A program made the position numbers and the translations under genes. From an uncultured Chloroflexia bacterium (lineage in GTDB: Bacteria > Chloroflexota > Limnocylindria > Limnocylindrales > CSP1-4), in assembly GCA_963712745.1 (NCBI GenBank), contig CAVQJC010000002.1:160001-224000 (forward strand): DNA of 64,000 bases, read 5' to 3'. The notes under the pieces were generated by a model, which worked only from the letters and a program-made list of their open reading frames with translations, had not been told where the DNA came from and ran no database searches. Below, piece after piece: positions 21,602-29,174 of the stretch; positions within the stretch are counted from its first letter, which is position 1; the number at the start of each line of letters is the position of its first letter.

Positions 21602-22809
21602 TGCAGGGCACCGTGAAGTCGTTCAGCCTCGGCCGGCTGCCTCGCATCACCTTCGGCAGCGGCGTCTTCGGCCAGCTTCCGGCCATCGTCGCCGGCCACG
21701 GCTCGCGCGCTCTGCTGGTGACGGGCGGACGGTCGTTCGATGCGTCCGGCAGGCGCACAGAGCTGGAGTCCGGCCTGGCCGAGGCGGGGGTCACGCTGGT
21801 GGGTTCGACCGCCGTCAGCGGTGAGCCCAGCCCAGCCGACGTGGAGGGCCCGGTGGCAACCTACCGCGGAGAGGACGTCGACGTGGTCGTCGGCATCGGC
21901 GGCGGGGCCGCCCTCGACACGGCTAAGGCCATCGCCGGCCTGCTGCCGACCGAGACCGAGCTGCTGGACCACCTCGAGGGAGTGGGCCGCGGACTGCCCT
22001 ACCCCGGCCCGGCCCTGCCCGTGGTGGCGGTGCCGACGACCGCGGGGACCGGGTCGGAGGCGACGCGCAACGCCGTCATCAGCGAGCGCGGACCCAACGG
22101 CTACAAGCGCTCGTTCCGCGACGAATCGATGGTCCCTGCCGATGCCCTGGTCGACCCCGACCTGCTGGCGGGCGTACCACGCTCGCTCATCGCCGCCAAC
22201 GGCCTGGATGCGCTCACGCAACTGCTGGAGGCCTACACGTCGCAACGCTCCACGCCCTTCACCGACGCCCTCGCCCGCGATGGGCTGGCTGCCGCCCGTG
22301 ACGGGCTGCTGACCTGGCATCGCGACCCGGACGGCCCCGATGCAGCCAGGGCACGCAGCCAGATGGCCTACGCCGCGCTGCTCTCCGGCATCTGCCTGGC
22401 CAACGCCGGCCTCGGCGCGGTGCACGGTTTCGCCAGCCCGCTCGGAGCCCAGCTGCCCATCCCTCACGGCATGGCCTGTGGCGCGGTGCTGTGGCAGGTC
22501 ATCCGCGCCAACATCTTGGCGCTCACCGAGCGTGACCCGGACTCACCGGCCCTGCCCAAGTACGCCGAGGCCGGCCGCATCCTCGCCGACATGCCCTCGA
22601 CCATCCGCGACGGCGCCGCCCGCGTCCAGCTCGTGGATACGCTCCATGACTGGGTCAGGGCGCTGGAGGTGCCGCCGCTGTCGGCCTTCGAGATGACGGC
22701 CGGGCACATCCCTGCGGTGGTGGCGGACTCCCCCGGCAGCTCGATGCGCACGAACCCCATCGCCCTCACCGACGAAGAACTCAGCGCGATCCTGGAACAG
22801 GCGCTGTAG
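21601..22809 (+). CDS. Iron-containing alcohol dehydrogenase
   Basis: GIGGGAALDTAK, PTTAGTGSE, GLGAVHG and IPHG motifs. Confidence 0.9.
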   Translation: MQGTVKSFSLGRLPRITFGSGVFGQLPAIVAGHGSRALLVTGGRSFDASGRRTELESGLAEAGVTLVGSTAVSGEPSPADVEGPVATYRGEDVDVVVGIGGGAALDTAKAIAGLLPTETELLDHLEGVGRGLPYPGPALPVVAVPTTAGTGSEATRNAVISERGPNGYKRSFRDESMVPADALVDPDLLAGVPRSLIAANGLDALTQLLEAYTSQRSTPFTDALARDGLAAARDGLLTWHRDPDGPDAARARSQMAYAALLSGICLANAGLGAVHGFASPLGAQLPIPHGMACGAVLWQVIRANILALTERDPDSPALPKYAEAGRILADMPSTIRDGAARVQLVDTLHDWVRALEVPPLSAFEMTAGHIPAVVADSPGSSMRTNPIALTDEELSAILEQAL

Positions 22810-23253
22810 GCGATCCGCGGCCCCACCTAGCACGCCAACAAGACGCCGGTCGGGCGGAGGCGCAGGATTTGGCAAGTCGATGGTCAGGGGCGCATCGGAA
22901 CAAGTCGCCATTGCCCGGCGCGCGTATCGGCCGTACCGTTGCTCTTGCCGTCGTCCCTCGACGCTGGCACGGGCCCTGAAGGCGTCGACCACCGGGCTCG
23001 GAACGAATCGCGATCGGAAATCGGTCAACGTGGTGGCGCAAGCGACACCGTGCATCGTATGTCTGCTCCACACGACTCCGATCGCCGTCTCCGAGTCACG
23101 AGTCGAGTAACAGGTGTACCGGCTGGCTCCGGGCCTCGTCAGTGAAGGGGTCGCGGCGGCGAGGTCATCCATCCATCTTCGACCGGCCCGATGGGGCCGG
23201 TCACCGTCGGGTCGCCAGGTCGGCGGACAGGCCTAGCGGCTCGATGGCCGTGC

Positions 23254-23988
23254 CTAGGCCTCGGCCACGCGCTGACGGCGCTCCACTCCCCTGGCATCGA
23301 GATCGGCCGCGATGACCCGTGCTCGCATCACCAGGTCTCGGTCACGCGTGATGGTGGAAGCGATCCAATCGATGTAGGTCGGCTCCCGTTCGGCGACCTC
23401 GCCCAGCGTGAGGCCGTGGAAACGCCCGAATCCGAGCACGGTCTCGCGCGCGTCCTCAAGGCTGGGCAGGCGCGCCCCGGATGGGTCGACCCTTCGGTGC
23501 ACCGGGCCGTTGGGTGCGCTGGCTCGCAGGTCGGGCCCCTGTCGATACTCGCGCCAATCGACAGGAGGCTGCCCGGCGAGGGTCGTGTGTCGATGCTTGA
23601 GCCCGGTCCGGCGAACGGCGACGCTGTTGCGCGGCCTGAACGAGGCCGAGGTATCGAAGCGCGCGGTGACCGGCGGGCTCGGCGGGGGCGGCGGAGGGCC
23701 AACCTCGTAGTCGCCGGGCGCCCGGCCCTCCGCGTACCGCTCGCGGCGGGCGTGCGGGGTCGAGTCGTAGCGCGCCCGGCGGACCGGATCGCTGAGGACG
23801 TCGTAGGCCGCGTTGATGCGCGCCATCCTCGTTGTCAGGCGCTCACGCTCCTCGCTGTCGGCGCCGGCCCGGTCCGGATGGTGCTCGCGCGCGAGCTCCC
23901 GCCAACGGCGCTTGATGTCTTCGGCGGAAGCGTCGTGGCGCACATCGAGCACGCGGTAGGGATCGCCTCGGAAGGTCGGAGCAGACAC
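23254..23988 (-). CDS. J-domain (DnaJ) protein with C-terminal FGxxxG..L.EV...P.Y..W domain
   Basis: DPYRVL...AREHHPD...INAAYDVLSDP; C-terminal FGRFHGLTLGEVAEREPTYIDW; TAGCCT 7 nt before the GTG. Confidence 0.85.
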   Translation of the reverse strand: MSAPTFRGDPYRVLDVRHDASAEDIKRRWRELAREHHPDRAGADSEERERLTTRMARINAAYDVLSDPVRRARYDSTPHARRERYAEGRAPGDYEVGPPPPPPSPPVTARFDTSASFRPRNSVAVRRTGLKHRHTTLAGQPPVDWREYRQGPDLRASAPNGPVHRRVDPSGARLPSLEDARETVLGFGRFHGLTLGEVAEREPTYIDWIASTITRDRDLVMRARVIAADLDARGVERRQRVAEA

Positions 23989-24018
23989 GTAGTCGAGGCT
24001 ACCACGCAGCCCGCCCGG

Positions 24019-24114
24019 CACGGCCGGACGGCGCTGTGGGCACCTGTCCAGCACACGGCCGGCTGGCGTTTTGGGCACCTGTCCAGCACACGGCCGGCTG
24101 GCGTTGTGGGCACC
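24019..24114. repeat. 35-bp tandem repeat (about 2.7 copies) between divergent promoters
   Basis: CACGGCCGG restarts at 24019, 24054 and 24089; unit cacggccggctggcgttttgggcacctgtccagca. Confidence 0.85.
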
Positions 24115-24138
24115 CGCCCGGCGGGGTATCGTCGCGGC

Positions 24139-25224
24139 ATGCGCCTGCCCCTGGAGCCGCCGATCGAACCGATGCTGGCGAAGCTCAGCGCCGCGCTGCC
24201 CCAGGGAGAGGGCTGGCTCTACGAGCCCAAGTGGGACGGCTTCCGGGCGCTGGTCTTCCGCGACGGCGAGGAGTTGCTCATCCAGAGCCGCGACCGCAAG
24301 CCCCTCGACCGCTACTTCCCCGAGCTGGCCCAGCCACTCCTGGCCAACCTGCCACCGCGCTGCGTGCTCGATGGCGAGATCGTCATCGCCCGCGAGGGAG
24401 CGCTCGATTTCGAGGCGCTGCTGCTGCGCATCCATCCGGCCGCCTCGCGCGTGGCCATGCTGGCCGAACAGTCGCCGGCCTCGTATGTCGCCTGGGACCT
24501 GCTGGCCATCGCGGACGAAGCGCTGCTCGACACCCCCCAGGCCGAGCGCCGGGTCCAGCTCGAGGACGCCCTGGCAGGGGCTCGAGCGCCCATTCACCTG
24601 ACGCCGCTGACGCGCGACCACGCGGTGGCGGCCGACTGGTTCGCCCGCTTCGAGGGCGCCGGCCTCGACGGCGTCATCGCCAAGGATGGGGCGGCCGTCT
24701 ATGAGCCCGGCAAGCGACGCATGCTCAAGATCAAGCACGCGCGCACGGCCGACTGCGTGGTGGCCGGGTTCCGCTGGCACAAGAACGGCAAGGACACCCA
24801 CGTCGGCTCCCTCATCCTCGGTCTCTTCGACGACGAGGGCGTGCTCCACCACGTGGGCGTGACCTCCTCGTTCAAGTGGGACCGGCGCGCGGAGCTCGTC
24901 GGAGAGCTGGCGCCGCTGCGTGACAACGCTCTCGAAGGGCATCCGTGGCAGGAGTGGGCGGCCTGGTCGGCCCAGGCGGAGGAACGCGGTCAGCGCATGC
25001 CTGGGGCAACGTCCCGCTGGAACCGGGGCAAGGACCTCTCGTGGGAGCCACTTCGTATCGAGCGCGTCGTCGAGGTCGCCTACGACCACTTGCAGGGCGA
25101 CCGGTTTCGCCACGCCACCACGTTCACACGCTGGCGACCGGACAAGGCGCCTGCAGATTGCCGCTACGCTCAGCTGGAGACCACGGCACCATATGAGCTT
25201 GGGGACATCTTCGTAGAGGAGTGA
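24139..25224 (+). CDS. ligC: ATP-dependent DNA ligase, LigC type
   Basis: YEPKWDGFR, LDGEIV, GLDGVIAK, KIKHARTADCVV and RFRH motifs; TATCGT 6 nt before the ATG. Confidence 0.9.
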   Translation: MRLPLEPPIEPMLAKLSAALPQGEGWLYEPKWDGFRALVFRDGEELLIQSRDRKPLDRYFPELAQPLLANLPPRCVLDGEIVIAREGALDFEALLLRIHPAASRVAMLAEQSPASYVAWDLLAIADEALLDTPQAERRVQLEDALAGARAPIHLTPLTRDHAVAADWFARFEGAGLDGVIAKDGAAVYEPGKRRMLKIKHARTADCVVAGFRWHKNGKDTHVGSLILGLFDDEGVLHHVGVTSSFKWDRRAELVGELAPLRDNALEGHPWQEWAAWSAQAEERGQRMPGATSRWNRGKDLSWEPLRIERVVEVAYDHLQGDRFRHATTFTRWRPDKAPADCRYAQLETTAPYELGDIFVEE

Positions 25225-25290
25225 GGTCTCGCATATTCGTTATTCGTGAAGAGGCGGGTACACTTGCGCGTGCCTATAAGGGAGGAGCTC

Positions 25291-26415
25291 ATGGATCAGA
25301 ACAACCCGCGCGATGACGCGACGGGCGGCCAGCCTCCGGCAGAGCCGGGTGGCGATGCTGCGGCCTGGAACCAACCCCCGGCGCAGAACCAGCCCCAGCC
25401 GCCTGCAGGCGGTGACCAGGCTGCTGCCGAGTACGCGGCCTGGTCGGCCGATACCACGTATCAGCAGCAGCAGGCGCAGGCAGCGCAGCAGGGCGACACG
25501 CAGGCCTACGCCGCGCCTGAGCCGCAGTCGGCCACCTACAGCGACCAGCCGGCGGCGGCGCAGCAGTACCAGCAGCCTGGATATGACCAGCAGGCTGCCT
25601 ACGCCCAGCAGCAGCAGTATCAGCAGCCGCAGCAGCAGTATCAGCAGCCGCAGTACTACGACCAGAGCGCGTACGGCCAGCAGTATCAGCAGCCGCAGCA
25701 GCAGTATCAGCAGCCGCAGTACTACGACCAGAGCGCGTACGGCCAGCAGCCGCAGCAGCCGCAGCAGCCGCAGCAGCCGCAGTACTACGACCAGAGCGCG
25801 TACGGCCAGCAGCCGGGCTACTACGATCAGAGTGCATACGGGCAGCAGGGATATCCCCAGCAGCCGGCCCAGCCGTATGCCTACGCCCAGCCCGGCCAGG
25901 ACCAGTACTACGAGCAGGGCTCGACCGGCTACCGGCGCTCGTTCATCGCGGTGCTCGCCGCCTGGGTGATGCTCACCTGGGGCTTGGTCTTCAGCATGAT
26001 CGGCGCGCTGGTGCTGTGGTTCAGGTCCGTGACCGACCTCATCCCCGAGGGCGTCGTGCTCAGCGCGGACGTGTCAGATCTGGCCAACAAGGCCGACGAC
26101 CAGATCATGGCCGTCGGTGGGTTGGCTCTGCTCCTGGGCATCGTCCAGATCATCGGCGCGGTGGGCATCTTCGGTCACCGTCGCTGGGGTCGCGCGTTCG
26201 GCATCGTGCTCGGCCTGCTGGGCGTGCTGGCCGGGCTCGGCATCATCACCGTCTCGGCCGGGTTCGAGGCCCTGGATGTCGGACTCGAAGAGGCCATCAA
26301 GGGTGAAGAAGGCTCACTGGCCGCAAGCGCCCTCGTCCTCTTCAGCTACCTGCTCATCCTGCTGGCCATGTTCGTCGGCAAGCGCCACTTCAAGAAGAAG
26401 GGCGTGGACGACTAG
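25291..26415 (+). CDS. Membrane protein with ~200-aa Q/Y/P-rich low-complexity N-terminus and about 4 TM helices
   Basis: GGAGG RBS; repeated YYDQSAYGQQ; hydrophobic C-terminal half. Confidence 0.8.
   Translation: MDQNNPRDDATGGQPPAEPGGDAAAWNQPPAQNQPQPPAGGDQAAAEYAAWSADTTYQQQQAQAAQQGDTQAYAAPEPQSATYSDQPAAAQQYQQPGYDQQAAYAQQQQYQQPQQQYQQPQYYDQSAYGQQYQQPQQQYQQPQYYDQSAYGQQPQQPQQPQQPQYYDQSAYGQQPGYYDQSAYGQQGYPQQPAQPYAYAQPGQDQYYEQGSTGYRRSFIAVLAAWVMLTWGLVFSMIGALVLWFRSVTDLIPEGVVLSADVSDLANKADDQIMAVGGLALLLGIVQIIGAVGIFGHRRWGRAFGIVLGLLGVLAGLGIITVSAGFEALDVGLEEAIKGEEGSLAASALVLFSYLLILLAMFVGKRHFKKKGVDD
25612..25845 (+). repeat. Coding repeats: 66-bp unit x2 and YYDQSAYGQQ x4
   Basis: Identical 66-bp copies at 25612-25677 and 25678-25743. 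Confidence 0.85.
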
Positions 26416-26439
26416 ACGACCGCCTCCCAAGGCACCAAC

Positions 26440-26473
26440 GAACGACCCTCGGGGCTCCTCCCCGGGGGTCGTT
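26440..26473. terminator. Stem-loop between convergent genes
   Basis: aacgaccctcgggg-ctcct-ccccgggggtcgtt. Confidence 0.6.
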
Positions 26474-26483
26474 CCTTGTCCGC

Positions 26484-26726
26484 TCAGCGCGCGGCTATGA
26501 GCCACTCGGCGATGTCGCCTGCGCTCGGCACACGACCCGCAGACTTGACCGTGCCGTCGATGACCAGCCCGGGCGTGTTGAGCACCCCGCGCGAGGCGAT
26601 GGTGGCGTCATCGGACACCTTCACGACCTCTGCCTCGACGCCTGCCATGGCCGCAGCCTCGCGGGCGTTCGACTCGAGCTTGCGGCAGTTGGCGCAGCCG
26701 TGCCCGAGCACTTCGATCCTCACCAT
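26484..26726 (-). CDS. Small thioredoxin-like redox-active disulfide protein
   Basis: IEVLGHGCANC...TPGLVIDG...GRVP; a family often found in ars loci. Confidence 0.85.
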   Translation of the reverse strand: MVRIEVLGHGCANCRKLESNAREAAAMAGVEAEVVKVSDDATIASRGVLNTPGLVIDGTVKSAGRVPSAGDIAEWLIAAR

Positions 26727-26754
26727 GGATGGACTCCTTTCGATGCTCCGCGCA

Positions 26755-27804
26755 TCAAGATGCGAGCGCGTTGAACAGGAAGCCGACCGCCAGGATCCCG
26801 CTGACGACGACTCCCAGGAAGATGGCCAGCAGCGCCGGACGAGCGACGCGCCGGAGGATGACGAACTCAGGCAGGCTGATGGCGACCGTGGCCATCATGA
26901 AGGCCAGCACGGTGCCCAGGGGCAGGCCCTTGTCGAGCAGTGCCTCGACGATGGGGATGACCCCCGCGGCGCCGGCATAGAGGGGCACCGCCAGGGCGAC
27001 GACGATGGGCACCGCCAGGGGGTTGTCCGCACCACCGATGTCGACGATGACGTCGGTGGGGACATAGCCGTGGATGAAGGCGCCGACTCCGATGCCGATG
27101 ACGACCCAGGGCCACACCTTGCGTACCAGCGCACGCGTGGCGTCCCAGGCGTCCCGGACTCGTTGCTCGATAGAGAGGCGAAGATCGATCGCCTCCGCTG
27201 ATGCGCCGGCTTCACGCGCCTGTAGCACCCACGGTTCGAGGAACCGCTCCAGCGGCAACCGGCCCAGGAGGAGCCCGCCGGCGATGGCCACGGCCAGCCC
27301 CGCCACCATGTAGACGATGGCGACCTGCGGGCCGAAGAGGCCCCACAACAGCACCAGGGCGACCTCGTTCACCAACGGTGAGCTGATGAGGAAGGCCAGG
27401 GTCACGCCGACCGGGATGCCGGTCTGCAGGAAACCGATGAAGAGCGGCACGGCCGAACAGGAGCAGAACGGCGTCACCACCCCGAAGAGCGCTGCTGCCA
27501 CCGTGGCCGCGGCGACGCCGCGGCCGGCCAGAGCCGAACGGACCCGCTCGGGCGGCACGTAAGACCGCAGGAAGCTGACGAGCGTGACGATCCCGAGCAG
27601 GAGCAGCAGGACCTTGGGCACGTCGTAGAGGAAGAAGGCCACGGCCTCCCCGAGCGGGCTACCCTCCTCCAGACCGAGCAGATCGAAGGCGATCCACTGG
27701 CTGACCGGCCAGGCCGCGAACCAGGCCAACAGCCAGGCCGCGACCGCGAGCAGGGCCGCCGGCCAGAACGGGAGCTGGTGTCGGTGGAGCGCGAGCGTGC
27801 CCAT
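26755..27804 (-). CDS. Permease, ArsP/DUF318 family
   Basis: TPFCSCSAVP, FLISSPLVNE, IHGYVP and ISLPE motifs. Confidence 0.88.
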   Translation of the reverse strand: MGTLALHRHQLPFWPAALLAVAAWLLAWFAAWPVSQWIAFDLLGLEEGSPLGEAVAFFLYDVPKVLLLLLGIVTLVSFLRSYVPPERVRSALAGRGVAAATVAAALFGVVTPFCSCSAVPLFIGFLQTGIPVGVTLAFLISSPLVNEVALVLLWGLFGPQVAIVYMVAGLAVAIAGGLLLGRLPLERFLEPWVLQAREAGASAEAIDLRLSIEQRVRDAWDATRALVRKVWPWVVIGIGVGAFIHGYVPTDVIVDIGGADNPLAVPIVVALAVPLYAGAAGVIPIVEALLDKGLPLGTVLAFMMATVAISLPEFVILRRVARPALLAIFLGVVVSGILAVGFLFNALAS

Positions 27805-28169
27805 CAGAGGATCTTGGCCACCGCCGCGAGTGCGGAGCGGATGGCGGCCTCGTCGCGCTCGTAGTACTTCCAGCGCGCGTCGACCGCGTGACGGCTGCCC
27901 CGGACCAGACCGGCCTCGCGCAGGCGCGCGAGGTGATTGCTGAGGTTGTTCTGCTTGACATCGAGCGCAGCCGCCATCTCGCACACGCAGTGGGGGCCAT
28001 CGCGCAGGATGGCCAGGATGCCGGCCCGGACCGGCTCCGCGAGCATGGTCGCGACCGCGACCGCTTCAGCGGTGGGCGGCTGGCCGTGCTGCCGCAGGCT
28101 GGGCCGGAGCTCGAGCTCGCTGGCATCGAGCACGCCCGGATACCGCTCGACGCAGGTGCTGCAACCCAT
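27804..28169 (-). CDS. arsR: ArsR-family metalloregulator
   Basis: HCVCEM, NLSNHLARLREAGLV and WKYY motifs; extra N-terminal CxxC (MGCSTC). Confidence 0.85.
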   Translation of the reverse strand: MGCSTCVERYPGVLDASELELRPSLRQHGQPPTAEAVAVATMLAEPVRAGILAILRDGPHCVCEMAAALDVKQNNLSNHLARLREAGLVRGSRHAVDARWKYYERDEAAIRSALAAVAKIL

Positions 28170-28188
28170 GGTTTCCCCCGTTGTCCGA

Positions 28189-28235
28189 TATGTCAGCCTC
28201 GAATGTGTCATCGCCGGCTGAGATACCTCAGAGCC
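28189..28235 (-). promoter_or_regulatory. Putative ArsR operator/promoter, shared with the acr3 upstream region
   Basis: Ungapped 47-bp similarity to 34978-35024. Confidence 0.6.
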
Positions 28236-28297
28236 GGTCGGCCCCAACTCCCCGGGCCGGCCGGCACGAGGGTCCGGCGGCTGGCTATGCTGTGCCC

Positions 28298-29146
28298 ATG
28301 ACCACGATCCCGAGCGTGACGCTCAACGACGGCACCTCCATCCCGCAGCTGGGCTACGGCACCCACCTGGTGCCGCCCGAGGAGACCGCGGCTGCGGTGC
28401 AGGCGGCCCTCGAGGCCGGATACAGGCATATCGATACCGCGCAGATGTACTTCAACGAACGCGGCGTCGGGGAAGGCATCCGCGCCGCTGGGCTGAACCG
28501 CGAAGAGGTGTACGTGACGAGCAAGCTGAGCAACGCCATGCACCGGCCCGGGGACGCACGTCGCGCGATGGAAGGCACGCTGGCCGAGCTCGGCACCGAC
28601 TACGTCGACCTCTTCCTCATCCATTGGCCGCTGCCGACGCTCTACGACGGCGACTTCGTGACCACCTGGCGGACCCTCGAGGAGTTCACGCGAGAGGGTC
28701 GCGCGCGATCGGTCGGCGTCTCCAACTTCGAGATCTCGCACCTCGAGCGACTGGCTGACCACGCGGACATGCTGCCGGCGGTGAACCAGATCGAGGTCCA
28801 TCCCTACATGCCCAACGACGGGGTGCGGACGTACGACCGCCTGCAGGGCATCGCCACCCAGGCCTGGTCACCGCTGGCCAAGGGCGCGGCCCTGGTCGAT
28901 CCGGTCATCACGGGGGTCGCCGATCGCCTGGGCCGAACACCCTCACAGGTCGTGGTGCGCTGGCACATCCAGCGCGGCGACATCGTCTTTCCCAAGACCA
29001 TGAGCCCTGAGCGGATGCGCGAGAACATCGACGTCTTCGACTTCGAGCTCTCGACCGAACACCTCAAGGCCATCAGCAAGCTCGACAAAGGCGAGGCCGG
29101 ACGGATCGGTCCCCATCCCGACACCTTCGATTGGATCCCGTCGTAG
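28298..29146 (+). CDS. Aldo/keto reductase (2,5-diketo-D-gluconate reductase-like)
   Basis: GYRHIDTAQMY, DLFLIHWP, GVSNF and NQIEVHP; TATGCT 6 nt before the ATG. Confidence 0.92.
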   Translation: MTTIPSVTLNDGTSIPQLGYGTHLVPPEETAAAVQAALEAGYRHIDTAQMYFNERGVGEGIRAAGLNREEVYVTSKLSNAMHRPGDARRAMEGTLAELGTDYVDLFLIHWPLPTLYDGDFVTTWRTLEEFTREGRARSVGVSNFEISHLERLADHADMLPAVNQIEVHPYMPNDGVRTYDRLQGIATQAWSPLAKGAALVDPVITGVADRLGRTPSQVVVRWHIQRGDIVFPKTMSPERMRENIDVFDFELSTEHLKAISKLDKGEAGRIGPHPDTFDWIPS

Positions 29147-29174
29147 CGGCCGGCACGGCAGCGAGGCACAGACC

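Noticed and set aside
23191-25224. Long N-terminal extensions on ligC and the J-domain gene
   Set aside because: They are mutual antisense read-through in high-GC DNA. Leaderless -10 boxes fix the starts at 24139 and 23988.
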